DNA from: an uncultured Gemmatimonadales bacterium
GTDB lineage: Bacteria > Gemmatimonadota > Gemmatimonadetes > Gemmatimonadales > Gemmatimonadaceae
NCBI GenBank assembly: GCA_963707505.1
Contig: CAVPQB010000006.1
Location: forward strand, 32,001-96,000
Direction of reading: 5' to 3'
DNA length: 64,000 nucleotides
Positions 52,624 to 62,963 of the stretch are shown here, piece by piece. The notes under the pieces are model-generated. The model saw only the letters and a program-made list of their open reading frames with translations, was not told the origin of the DNA and made no database searches. A program made the translations under genes and the position numbers. Position 1 is the stretch's first letter, and each line of letters opens with the position of its first letter.

Positions 52624-55600
52624 TCAGCGGTTCAGAGCGATCGAAAATACGAACGATCGTGTCTGCGGCATGTTGAAGAAGTCATAGCCCTGCACCAGCG
52701 CATCTGCTCCCGCGAGATTGGTTTCGGGATCCATGCCCGAATACTTGGTCCACGTGTGCAGATTGCGCCCCGAAATCCGAAGGTCGGCGCTGCTGAATCC
52801 GGCACGGCGCACGAATGCGCCGGTGAGCGAGTATGTCACCGATACCTCGCGCAGCTTGGTGTAGGTGCCGTCCTCCATGAACGGCTCGCCTATTCCGGAG
52901 TAGATGCTTCCAAGTCCCGTATACCACGACTGCCCGATCTGAACGGGAGTGCCCTTGCCCGGTCCCACCGCTGCTCCGGGCATGAAGTCCACTCCGAAGG
53001 TACGGGTGACGTCGCGCTGCAGTGTTTCGATCGACGTCCCGAAATTGTTGAGCGCACCGAGCGTCATGTTCGCGACCATACCACCCTGCTTGTGGTCGAG
53101 CAGCGCTGACACGGCCCAGCTTCCCATGTGAACCGTCGTGTGCACATTGCCGGTCCAGTGTGGGTTGGGATCGCCGATTACACGATTCACGGGATCGTTC
53201 ACCGGAAAGCCGGACGCTGCGATGTACAACGCTCCCCTCGGCGCACCCGCACACGCCGACGCGAGATCGACCGGGTTACCTGCAGGATCTTTCAGATTGG
53301 TGCTCGTGGTGACGCCGCAGCGAACGTAGCCCAGTCCGCGGAACGCGAATGTTCCACCGACTGTTGCTGACGGCTGTGCTTCGGAGAACGTTCCGCCACC
53401 TGCGCCGATGTACGACGCACCGTTGAGGCTGAGAACGCGAGTTTCATTCTGCGCCCACTGCCCCCCGATTTCCCACGTCAGCTTCTGCGTGGTGATCGGC
53501 CGCACGTTCAGCGTCGCCTCCCAACCCCGGTTGAGGATCGCCGCTCCATTGAGAAGCTGCGCCGAGAAGCCCGTCGTGGATGGGCGCGGCACACTCAGGA
53601 TCACGTCCGTCGAGTTGTCGCGATAATACGTGATGCCTGCGTCCGCCATCTGATTGAACAGACCAACGTCGAGACCTGTCTCGAACTCCTTCTGGCGCTC
53701 GGGCCTGAGGTTATTGTTGCCCTGTGTGCCGGAAGTGACGAGACCGCCATAGCCACCCTGCGTCGACGACAGTTGATCGGTGTAGCCGCTGCCGAAGATC
53801 GCACGGCCAAGTGTCGAAAGGGTGGAGTAGACATTCGGCTCCTTGCCCGTCTCGCCGTACGACGCACGCACCTTGCCGTAGCTCAGAAGCCCGCGATGGT
53901 CGGTGTTGCCGAGTGCGTTGGTGAACGTCCAGGCGAGGCTCGCCTTGGGATATGACGCGCGCGGATTGCTCGCACCGAACGTGGAGAATCCGTCGTTTCG
54001 AATCGCGCCAGTGAGATACAGCTGATTGTAGAGATCGACAGTCGCTTCGCCGAAATACGACAGCGCGTGGATCACGTAGTCGTTCTCCGTCGCGAGCTGC
54101 GTCACCGTGTTGTTCAGCGAGAACGGCGACGGTGCGATGAGTCCGTTGCCGGTCGCATCCACTTCGCGGCCCCGGCGACTGTTGACGTTGTTCCCAACCG
54201 TCAGTGTGCCGCTCAGGTTGGAGTTGAAGGTGTGCGTTGCGGTCGCAATGAGATTCTGGTCGATCTGGAGGTGCATCAGATCAGCGCGTCTGACGAGACC
54301 GAGTGGAGACTCGCTCGCCGTGAACGCCTCGCCCGTAAGCTGAGTGTCGCCGAAGTAGTCGCCGCCCAGATTCTCCTGCAGGCGCAGCCAGCTCTTCGGC
54401 TGCCAGTCGGCATTGAGATTGGCGATCGTGCGGTTCGTCTCTTCCGTGCTCGGATTCTCGTATACGGCGAACAGCGGATTGTCATATCCGCGCGACCGCG
54501 TGAGCGATGCCGGAGATGGGTCGGGAAAACGATACGACCGCTGCAGTCCCGTCGTGGTCGAGAGATATGGGAACTGATTGAAGTCCGGCGGCGTCCGCAG
54601 CGCGCCGAGCATCAGACCGGACACCGACCCACCACGAAGGATCGATGCACCGCGGTCGTCCGCGAACGAGATGTTGCCGCCAAGCTTGAGGTTGTCGAAG
54701 ACCTTGTGCGTCGCCTTGAGACGCACGTCGGTTCTGTCGTAGTAGTTGTTCGGGCCGATGATCACACCGTTCTGCGCATCGCGCCCACCGGATGCGAAAA
54801 ACGTGGTGCGCTCGTTTCCACCGGATATCGTGAGATGGTTGTTCGTCGTATGACCGGTGTGGAACAGCTCGCTGAAGTGATCGTACGTTGGAACCCCCGA
54901 GAGCGCCGGCCCCCACGAGCCGCTCGCCGCGGAGCAGTCTGGCGTCGAGCATGCACCTGCCTTGCCATTGCTTCCCTGGCCATACTTTGTCTGCAACGGG
55001 ATGCTGTGGTTGACGTCGTCTACGGAATAGCTCGAATTGAGCGTGTAGCGCGTCGGACCGGCCTGCCCCGATTTGGTTGTGATGAGCACGACACCGTTGG
55101 ACGCGCGCGCTCCGTAGATCGCGGCAGCTGCGGCGCCTTTGAGTATGTCGACTGACGCGATGTCGTCGGGGTTGATATCCGACGCGCGGTTCGGCGTGTT
55201 CGAGCCCGTGAGGTTGCTGCCGTTGACGTTGGTCGTGTTGTCGATCGGGACTCCATCGACCACGAATAGCGGCTGTCCGTCACCCGATAGCGACTTGATA
55301 CCGCGAATGCGGATGTACGCCGACGATCCCGGCACGCCTGATTCGGATACGACCGACACGCCCGGCGCCTTGGCTGCAAGCGCGTTGACGACATTCGATT
55401 CGTTGCTCTTTGCGATGGCTGTCGAGTCGACAGAGTTGATGACGTTACCGAGCTTCTCGCGCGTGCTGCTAGTACCAGCGCCGGTGACGACGACCTCGCC
55501 GAGGCGAAGCGGATTACTTGCGAGACTGAAGTTCTGAGTGACAGTCCCGGGTTTGAGTGTGATCTGTACCGATTTCGGTGCGAAACCGATGAGTCGCGCT

Positions 55601-55845
55601 GTGAGCGTGACCTGCTGCCCGAGCGATCGGGCCGCCGACACAGTTATGCTGTAGTGACCGTCAGTGCGCGTCGCCGCACCGAGCCCCATCGTCTGCACCA
55701 CCACTTCTGCCGCCTGGAGCGGGACACCTTTGTCTGTCGTGACCACGCCGACAATTGTGGTTCCCGTTTCCTGCGAGGATGCGCGCTGTGGCGCGAGCTC
55801 CGCACCAATGCAGAGCGGCAACACCAACCATACCGTAGGTCTCAT
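52624..55845 (-). CDS. SusC/RagA family TonB-dependent receptor
   Basis: PLFVVDGVP, DINPDDIASVDILKGAAAAAIYGARASNGVVLITTK and YSGMDPE motifs. Confidence 0.95.
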   Translation of the reverse strand: MRPTVWLVLPLCIGAELAPQRASSQETGTTIVGVVTTDKGVPLQAAEVVVQTMGLGAATRTDGHYSITVSAARSLGQQVTLTARLIGFAPKSVQITLKPGTVTQNFSLASNPLRLGEVVVTGAGTSSTREKLGNVINSVDSTAIAKSNESNVVNALAAKAPGVSVVSESGVPGSSAYIRIRGIKSLSGDGQPLFVVDGVPIDNTTNVNGSNLTGSNTPNRASDINPDDIASVDILKGAAAAAIYGARASNGVVLITTKSGQAGPTRYTLNSSYSVDDVNHSIPLQTKYGQGSNGKAGACSTPDCSAASGSWGPALSGVPTYDHFSELFHTGHTTNNHLTISGGNERTTFFASGGRDAQNGVIIGPNNYYDRTDVRLKATHKVFDNLKLGGNISFADDRGASILRGGSVSGLMLGALRTPPDFNQFPYLSTTTGLQRSYRFPDPSPASLTRSRGYDNPLFAVYENPSTEETNRTIANLNADWQPKSWLRLQENLGGDYFGDTQLTGEAFTASESPLGLVRRADLMHLQIDQNLIATATHTFNSNLSGTLTVGNNVNSRRGREVDATGNGLIAPSPFSLNNTVTQLATENDYVIHALSYFGEATVDLYNQLYLTGAIRNDGFSTFGASNPRASYPKASLAWTFTNALGNTDHRGLLSYGKVRASYGETGKEPNVYSTLSTLGRAIFGSGYTDQLSSTQGGYGGLVTSGTQGNNNLRPERQKEFETGLDVGLFNQMADAGITYYRDNSTDVILSVPRPSTTGFSAQLLNGAAILNRGWEATLNVRPITTQKLTWEIGGQWAQNETRVLSLNGASYIGAGGGTFSEAQPSATVGGTFAFRGLGYVRCGVTTSTNLKDPAGNPVDLASACAGAPRGALYIAASGFPVNDPVNRVIGDPNPHWTGNVHTTVHMGSWAVSALLDHKQGGMVANMTLGALNNFGTSIETLQRDVTRTFGVDFMPGAAVGPGKGTPVQIGQSWYTGLGSIYSGIGEPFMEDGTYTKLREVSVTYSLTGAFVRRAGFSSADLRISGRNLHTWTKYSGMDPETNLAGADALVQGYDFFNMPQTRSFVFSIALNR

Positions 55846-55960
55846 GACTCCTCTCCGACCGCACGACGCAGCAATGTGCAGCAGCAGTGTGCAGCAGAAA
55901 TGTGGAAGCAGACTGGCGCCGCCCACCCGGGATTCCGGCGTCCTCTGCCGAGGACAGGCA

Positions 55961-55990
55961 GGATATAGTATCCCATTTTGGATTCCGCAA
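55961..55990 (-). promoter_or_regulatory. Second copy of the palindromic operator and candidate promoter
   Basis: GGATATAGTATCC at 55961-55973; TTGCGG at 55985-55990 on the minus strand. Confidence 0.55.
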
Positions 55991-56014
55991 GCACGCCTTT
56001 TCCAGCGACGCCGG

Positions 56015-57886
56015 CTATCGAGGATGTGATCCCGTCTTCAGTTGGGTGAGAATCGGCCGCGTCAGTCCGGAGATTTCCGACGCGCCATCGTGGCCGTTCA
56101 GCTCGAACACAACCATGGCGTTCCGACCGCGCCGGAGCCATGCACCCGGTAGGTACAAAGTCTGCTGCGGACCAACATTCCAGTATCGCCCGATGTTGAT
56201 GCCGTTCACAAAAACGATTCCCTTGTTCCACTCCCGCATGTCGAGAAACGTGTCGCCCGTACGATTGAGCGTGAAGCTGCCGCGATACAACGTCGGCGTT
56301 CCAGTTGTTGCGCTCACCTCCTTTTGCATGGTTCCCAAGCTTGGTACGCTACTGAACGGTAGCCGATACATCGACCAGCCAGTGATCTCCGTACTGTCAA
56401 TCGTCACGGGCTGAATTATTCCCTTACGGTCACTCACCAGCGCTGCGCCGTAGTTGATCCGCCCCAGGTTCTCGACCAGAATGTCGAGCCGGCCACCGGC
56501 AGGAACACCAACTGGAGAGGAGAAATTCTTCGTGCGGCGATCGAGCGTCGCGACGCGACGTCCATCCACGAATACCGCTGCATAATCGCGTAAGCCGGGA
56601 ACTCTCAGAACGCCATTCATCGCACTCGCAAATCGATGGCGATACAGCACGTATCCGCTGGACTGATCCAGATCCTCGAACGACATCGGCTGAGCGGCAT
56701 TCACCGCTGTAACACGATCGACAAAGCTGAAGAGATCACTCACAGCCGTGAGATGAACCGGCGGTACAGCGATTACCGGCAGCGAATCAGGCACGGCCGG
56801 AATCGCGTATGACACGTTTCGCCGTATCACGTCGCGCAACGCGTAATACTTGGGGGTCGGCCATCCAGCCTCCGACAGTGGCGCGTCGTAATCGTAACTC
56901 GTCATGCTCGGCTCGATCGGCATCGCCTTTGTGTAGTTGGCGCCAGACGTAAAACCGAAGTTGGTGCCGCCGTGAAACATGTACAGGTTGATGCTCACTC
57001 CGCGCTTCAACAGACTGTCGTACGCGGGGAGAAAACTGTCGACAGGTGTGACGGGAAAGGGCTCCGCCCAGTGCGTGAGCCAGCCCGGGTAAAGCTCCGC
57101 AACCATGTACGGACCGGTGCCCTTGTTGAACGCGTCGACTCGCTTGGTGAGACTGTCGTAATTCATCTCGCCGTTCGCGGCTGCGAAGACGCCGGGAATC
57201 CCGCCCTTCTGAAACAGCCAATCACCGTCGGCCGTGAACAGTGGCACATCGATACCGGCGTCGACCAACATCCTGCGAGTCGCTTCCTTGTAGCTCGAGT
57301 CTGAGCCGAACGAGCCGTACTCGTTCTCGACCTGCACCATGAGAATCGGGCCTCCGTGCGTCACGAGTAATGGCCGTACTTCCTTCGCCATCGCGTTGAT
57401 GTACCGTCGCGCGGCTTTCATATAGCGAGGATCGTTGCTGCGCACAGCCATCGCCGGCGTCTTGAGCAGATAGGATGGCAATCCTCCGAAGTCCCACTCC
57501 GCGCAGACGTATGGTCCCGGACGCAGAATCACCCACAAACCTTCCTCCTGCGCTATCCGGATGAACTCCGCGAGATCACGATTCCCGGTGTGGAAGTCGA
57601 ATACGCCGGGCCGCACTTCGTGATAATTCCAGAACACGTATGTGGCGATGGTGTTGAGTCCCATCGCCCTGGCCATCCTGAGACGATGGCGCCAGTACTC
57701 ACGAGGAATGCGTGCATAATGCAGCTCCCCCGATATGATCTGGAGCGGCTTTCCGTCGAGCACAAACGCGCCATGTGCGATCTGGAAGGAATGCGTGGCC
57801 GGCTTCTGGGCAATGGATGGCGGCGCCATGCCGACGAGGCACGCCATCAAGATCCAGAAACGTCCCGAGGCCTGAGATAGTCGCAT
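56015..57886 (-). CDS. Secreted GH35 beta-galactosidase
   Basis: SGELHYARIP, RPGPYVCAEW, GGPILMVQVENEYG, YMFHGGTNFG and TSYDYDAP motifs. Confidence 0.95.
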   Translation of the reverse strand: MRLSQASGRFWILMACLVGMAPPSIAQKPATHSFQIAHGAFVLDGKPLQIISGELHYARIPREYWRHRLRMARAMGLNTIATYVFWNYHEVRPGVFDFHTGNRDLAEFIRIAQEEGLWVILRPGPYVCAEWDFGGLPSYLLKTPAMAVRSNDPRYMKAARRYINAMAKEVRPLLVTHGGPILMVQVENEYGSFGSDSSYKEATRRMLVDAGIDVPLFTADGDWLFQKGGIPGVFAAANGEMNYDSLTKRVDAFNKGTGPYMVAELYPGWLTHWAEPFPVTPVDSFLPAYDSLLKRGVSINLYMFHGGTNFGFTSGANYTKAMPIEPSMTSYDYDAPLSEAGWPTPKYYALRDVIRRNVSYAIPAVPDSLPVIAVPPVHLTAVSDLFSFVDRVTAVNAAQPMSFEDLDQSSGYVLYRHRFASAMNGVLRVPGLRDYAAVFVDGRRVATLDRRTKNFSSPVGVPAGGRLDILVENLGRINYGAALVSDRKGIIQPVTIDSTEITGWSMYRLPFSSVPSLGTMQKEVSATTGTPTLYRGSFTLNRTGDTFLDMREWNKGIVFVNGINIGRYWNVGPQQTLYLPGAWLRRGRNAMVVFELNGHDGASEISGLTRPILTQLKTGSHPR

Positions 57887-58047
57887 GTGATTCACCCTGA
57901 AGAATTTGCGCTCCCGTCGGCGACCGGCCAGAGGTGCGAATAAGGTGCGTCCTCTCCTTGACCGCCGCCCGCCCAGGCGATAATCTCGCCACCACGGCGA
58001 TCGATCCCGATCCGCCCACGACACGCATATATAAGGAGCACGGACCT

Positions 58048-60159
58048 GTGGCGGATAGCCGGGATCGTTCCAATTCATCGCCCACGTCGCATTCCGGACT
58101 CACCCGGCGCGACTTCCTCGATCGGAGCGGCCGGATCGCCGTCGGACTCGGCGCGCTACAGCTCGGCGCGCTACAGCTCGGCTTCGGCCGCAGTGCCTTC
58201 GCAGAAGGACTCAGCCTGCTCGGCGGATCCGCCACGCCGCTCGCGAGTCGCGCTGCCCTATCGGCAGATGAATTCACGCTCGCCAATGATGCCATAGCTG
58301 CGGTCTGGACCACCGCGGGCGGCTCGTTTCGTCCCGTTCGGCTGACAGACATGCTCAATAATGCGACGCTCCCGGTATCCGCACAGGCATTCACCCTGAC
58401 GCTCGCAGACAAGTCCACGATCCAGGCGAGCGAGATGCGCATCACATCCGCGCCGCGCACGGAGGTGTTATCCCCGAATGCCAGCGCGTCGCGCATGGTC
58501 GAGCGGCTCGCGGGCCATCAGGTGACGATGACGCTGCAGGATCCAGCCGGTCGTATCGAAGCGGTATGGCGTGGGATACTGCGCGACGGATCGAGCTACG
58601 TTCGCCAGGAAATCACGTTACGCGCGCTCGGTGGAGAGGTACCGGTGCACGAGATCGCCCTGCTCGACTTCAACGCTCGCAACGCGATGGCGCCCGGAAC
58701 CGTACGCGGCACCCCGATCGTCGTTGGAGATGCGTACTTCGCATTCGAGCATCCTCTCGCCAACAACGCAGTGGATGGCGATCGCGTGCGTTGCCGGATG
58801 TCGCGCACGTTGCCGCTGCGACCCGGCACTTCTATCGACTTCAGCTCTGTCGCCGGCGTCACTCACCCTGGCCAACTGCGGCGCGACTTTCTCGAATACG
58901 TGGAGCGCGAGCGTGCGCATCCGTACCGCACCTTTCTGCACTACAACTCATGGTACGACATCGGTTACTTCAACAAGTACACCGAGGCCGACGCACTCGG
59001 CGCCATAGCGGCATTCGGAACCGAGCTTCACGAGAAGCGCGGCGTGACGCTCGACTCGTTTCTCTTCGATGACGGCTGGGACGACTCGAAGACATTGTGG
59101 CATTTCAATTCCGGATTCCCAAACGGCTTCACCAACGTCGAAGCTGCAACCCACAAATACGGCGCCGCACCTGGCGTCTGGATGTCACCGTGGGGCGGAT
59201 ACGGTGAGCCGCACAAGGAGCGCATCGAGTACGGCAAGGCGCAGGGCTACGAGACCAACAAGGACGGTTTCGCTCTTTCCGGTCCCGTCTACTACAAGCA
59301 TTTCCGAGATACATGCATCGACATGATCCGGAAGTACGGCGTGAATCAGTTCAAGTTCGACGGAACGGGGAACTATGCAAGTACCTACCCCGGGAGTCCG
59401 TTCGACAGCGACTTTGACGCCGCGATCCATCTGATCGGCGAGCTGCGCACGGAGAAGCCGGATCTGTATGTGAACCTCACGACCGGCACGTATCCGTCGC
59501 CATTCTGGCTGCGTTACGCCGATTCGATCTGGCGTGGCGGAGACGACCACGACTTCGCGGGAATCGGCACGAGCCGACAGCGCTGGATCACGTATCGCGA
59601 CGCTGACACGTATGAGCACGTCGTCCGTGCAGGAGCGCTATTCCCGATCAACTCGCTGATGCTGCATGGAATGATCTATGCCAGACAGGCGCACAATCTG
59701 ATGACCGATCCCGGCAATGACTTCAGCTCCGAAGTCCGTGACTATTTCGGCACGGGGACTCAGCTGCAGGAGATGTACATCACGCCGTCGCTACTCTCAC
59801 CGGCGAACTGGGATACGATCGCTGAATGCGCAAAGTGGTCCCGCAATAACGCTCAAACACTGGTCGACACGCACTGGGTGGGTGGCGATCCGCAACGACT
59901 GGAGCCCTACGGATGGGCATCGTGGTCGCCTCGCAAGGGAATTCTCACGCTCCGCAATCCGAGCAACGTCGCACAGAACATCGCGATCGATCCCGAGCGC
60001 ATCTTCGAGCTTCCACACTCGGCGCCGCGCCAGTATTCTGCCAGGAGTCCGTGGGCGCAGTATCATGGAAATGCGCCGATCCGTTTTCGCGCCGGCGAAG
60101 AGCGCAAGGTCCGTCTTGAGCCCTTCGAGGTACTGACACTTGAAATGGTCACGGTGTAG
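58048..60159 (+). CDS. Tat-exported putative glycoside hydrolase (alpha-galactosidase-like)
   Basis: AAGGAG RBS and LTRRDFL twin-arginine signal; YNSW, FDDGW, GVWMSPWGGY and FKFDG resemble GH27/GH36 clan motifs. Confidence 0.65.
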   Translation: MADSRDRSNSSPTSHSGLTRRDFLDRSGRIAVGLGALQLGALQLGFGRSAFAEGLSLLGGSATPLASRAALSADEFTLANDAIAAVWTTAGGSFRPVRLTDMLNNATLPVSAQAFTLTLADKSTIQASEMRITSAPRTEVLSPNASASRMVERLAGHQVTMTLQDPAGRIEAVWRGILRDGSSYVRQEITLRALGGEVPVHEIALLDFNARNAMAPGTVRGTPIVVGDAYFAFEHPLANNAVDGDRVRCRMSRTLPLRPGTSIDFSSVAGVTHPGQLRRDFLEYVERERAHPYRTFLHYNSWYDIGYFNKYTEADALGAIAAFGTELHEKRGVTLDSFLFDDGWDDSKTLWHFNSGFPNGFTNVEAATHKYGAAPGVWMSPWGGYGEPHKERIEYGKAQGYETNKDGFALSGPVYYKHFRDTCIDMIRKYGVNQFKFDGTGNYASTYPGSPFDSDFDAAIHLIGELRTEKPDLYVNLTTGTYPSPFWLRYADSIWRGGDDHDFAGIGTSRQRWITYRDADTYEHVVRAGALFPINSLMLHGMIYARQAHNLMTDPGNDFSSEVRDYFGTGTQLQEMYITPSLLSPANWDTIAECAKWSRNNAQTLVDTHWVGGDPQRLEPYGWASWSPRKGILTLRNPSNVAQNIAIDPERIFELPHSAPRQYSARSPWAQYHGNAPIRFRAGEERKVRLEPFEVLTLEMVTV

Positions 60160-60315
60160 GGCGCGGATGCATCCGCACCTTCTCCGGAATCCCGCAGTTA
60201 TCTATATCGCTACCGCGGATGCTCCCCCGCCTTCTCCAGCATCCCGTATTGCCCACGCTCTCGCGCGCCTGACGTTACCGCACCTACACCTATACATCCA
60301 ACAGGGTACAACCGA

Positions 60316-62931
60316 ATGCAGCTGACGTCGCTTGATTGGGTGATCGTCGCGGTAAGCCTCTTTCTCTGCTATCTGCCGGCACTGTTTTACATCCGGCGCT
60401 CGCAGTCGAGCGTAGCGGAGTTCTTCACGTCCGGTCAGTCGGCACCGTGGTGGCTGGTCGGCACGTCGATGGTCGCAACAACGTTCAGCACGGACACGCC
60501 GAATCTGGTCACGGACTTCGTGCGCTCGCACGGTGTCTCCTACAACTGGGTCTGGTGGGCGTTCCTGCTCACGGGAATGGCCACCGTCTTCTTCTACGCT
60601 CAGCTGTGGCGTCGCTCGGGCGTTCTCACCGATCTCGAGTTCTACGAGCTGCGCTACTCCGGACGCCCAGCTGCACTCGTGCGCGGATTCCGCGCCGTGT
60701 ACCTCGGCTTCTTCTTCAACATCATGATCATGTCGACGGTGACGCTCGCCGCCGTCAAGATCGCAAACGTGATGCTCGGCTGGGGCCGTCTCGAAACGAT
60801 CGTGATTGCCGGGACGGCCTGCGTGCTGTTTGCCTCGATATCAGGCCTGTGGGGCGTGCTCGCGACTGACATGGTTCAGTTCGCGCTCGCGATGATCGGC
60901 GTGATCGCTGCCGCGTATGTCTCGCTGGATCAACCGGCCGTCGGCGGTCTCGCCGGAATGCTCTCGAAGATCGACCCCAAGACGCTCTCACTCCTTCCCG
61001 ATTTCAACGACACTTCGCTCACTCTCACGGTTCTCGTCATCCCGCTCACAATCCAATGGTGGTCGGTCTGGTACCCGGGTTCGGAGCCTGGTGGCGGTAG
61101 CTACGTTGCGCAGCGCATCCTCGCATCCAAGAACGAGCGTCACGCTCTCGGCGCGACCCTCTGGTTCAACGTTGCGAACTACGCGTTGCGTCCCTGGCCG
61201 TGGATAATCGTCGCGCTCTGTTCCATGCTCGTCTTCCCGACGCTTGGCGACATTCACCGTGCATTGCCAAACGTCGATCCGAAACTTATTGGCAACGATC
61301 TCGCCTATCCGGCGATGCTCACGCTGCTGCCGGTGGGAATGAAAGGGCTGATCATCGCCGCGCTGTTCGCAGCGTACAGATCGACCATGGAAACGCATCT
61401 CAACTGGGGATCATCCTATCTGGTAATCGATTTCTACCAGCGCTTCCTCGCGCCTGGAAAGACCGAGCGCCACTATTTATGGATCTCGCGCTCACTCACC
61501 GCTGTCCTGATGATCGCCGCGGGTGCATTCACCCTGTTTCTATCGACCGCCAGTGACGCATTTCAGCTACTGCTGTCCGTCGGCGCCGGCACGGGGCTCA
61601 TCTATCTGCTCCGCTGGTTCTGGTGGCGGATCAATGCGTGGAGCGAGATATCGGCGATGGCATCGTCGTTCATCGTCGCGATCGGATTCTTCGTGGCGGA
61701 GAAGATGGGTCATGCGGCACCCGAGCCGATGCCGCTTCTTGTCACAGTTGCCGTAACTACTGTGGTCTGGGTGTCAGTCACCGTGTTCACGAGCCCTGCC
61801 GATCACGCGACGCTACTTCGCTTCTACGAGCTCACGCGTCCCGCAGGCCCCGGATGGAAGGCGATTCGTGCGGAGTCCAAAGTAGCCGCCTCACCTGACA
61901 GTCTGCCACAGATGCTGCTCGGCTGGACTTCCGGCGTCATGTTCGTTTACGCAGGTCTGTTCGGAACCGGTAGCATCATCTATGGCCGTACGTTCCAGGC
62001 ATCGATATGGCTTGTCGCTTTCATAGTAAGCGGTGTTGTGCTCATGCAGGTCGTGCGGCGCATCTGGTCGGCTGATGAGCCGGTGCGTAGCAACGACACA
62101 TCCGCGATCGCCGCCAATCGGCCATGCACGAAGGCTGTGATTCTGGCCCGCGGTCTTGGGAAGCGCATGCGCGAGGCCGACACGACTGCTGCACTCGATC
62201 CCGCGCAAGTCGCAGCTGCCGAGTCTGGCATCAAGGGAATGATTCCCATTGGCCGGCCCTTCCTTGATTACGTGCTGAGCTCGCTCGCCGACGCCGGGTT
62301 CACCGATGTCTGCATCGTCGTCGCACCGGATCATGCGGAGATGGAGAGCTACTATACGAGCCACGTCATCCCAAAACGACTGCGCATCTCTTTCGCCGTT
62401 CAGTCCGCGGCGATCGGCACCGCTGACGCTGTGCTGGCAGCCGAGGAGTTTACCGCGGGCGAGCCATTTGTCGTACTCAACTCGGATAACTACTACCCCG
62501 CTGCTCCGCTCACGCGTCTCCGCCTTGCTGATGGACCGGCAACGCTCGGATTCTCGCGCGAGGGACTGTTGCGCGGCAACATTCCAGCTGAGCGCATCGC
62601 GGCATATGCCTTGCTCGACGTTGCGCCCGATGGCAGGCTACGCAAGATATCCGAGAAGCCGGACGCAGCATCGCTCGCTGCGCTGGGCAACGACGTCGAC
62701 GTGAGCATGAATTGCTGGCGCGTTACGTCCGAGTTCTTTCGTGCATGCAGAGACGTACAACCGTCGCCGCGCGGCGAGCTGGAGCTTCCGCTCGCGGTGC
62801 AGTATGCAATCGACATTCTCGGGATGCGCTTCAAGGTCATTCCGGTGAACGCAGCCGTGCTCGATCTCTCCAGACGATCGGACATTCCGCGCGTCGCCGC
62901 TCTGCTCTCGGGGACCGAGGTATCACTCTGA
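60316..62931 (+). CDS. Sodium:solute symporter fused to a sugar-phosphate nucleotidyltransferase domain
   Basis: SSS domain (SMVATTFSTDTP, YVAQR, RWFWWRINAWSE) continues in frame into KAVILARGLGKRM, GRPFLDY, GTADAV, NSDN and RGELEL. Confidence 0.85.
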   Translation: MQLTSLDWVIVAVSLFLCYLPALFYIRRSQSSVAEFFTSGQSAPWWLVGTSMVATTFSTDTPNLVTDFVRSHGVSYNWVWWAFLLTGMATVFFYAQLWRRSGVLTDLEFYELRYSGRPAALVRGFRAVYLGFFFNIMIMSTVTLAAVKIANVMLGWGRLETIVIAGTACVLFASISGLWGVLATDMVQFALAMIGVIAAAYVSLDQPAVGGLAGMLSKIDPKTLSLLPDFNDTSLTLTVLVIPLTIQWWSVWYPGSEPGGGSYVAQRILASKNERHALGATLWFNVANYALRPWPWIIVALCSMLVFPTLGDIHRALPNVDPKLIGNDLAYPAMLTLLPVGMKGLIIAALFAAYRSTMETHLNWGSSYLVIDFYQRFLAPGKTERHYLWISRSLTAVLMIAAGAFTLFLSTASDAFQLLLSVGAGTGLIYLLRWFWWRINAWSEISAMASSFIVAIGFFVAEKMGHAAPEPMPLLVTVAVTTVVWVSVTVFTSPADHATLLRFYELTRPAGPGWKAIRAESKVAASPDSLPQMLLGWTSGVMFVYAGLFGTGSIIYGRTFQASIWLVAFIVSGVVLMQVVRRIWSADEPVRSNDTSAIAANRPCTKAVILARGLGKRMREADTTAALDPAQVAAAESGIKGMIPIGRPFLDYVLSSLADAGFTDVCIVVAPDHAEMESYYTSHVIPKRLRISFAVQSAAIGTADAVLAAEEFTAGEPFVVLNSDNYYPAAPLTRLRLADGPATLGFSREGLLRGNIPAERIAAYALLDVAPDGRLRKISEKPDAASLAALGNDVDVSMNCWRVTSEFFRACRDVQPSPRGELELPLAVQYAIDILGMRFKVIPVNAAVLDLSRRSDIPRVAALLSGTEVSL

Positions 62932-62963
62932 CCGATGTAGCGGCCCGTCTCAACGCGGCGGGA

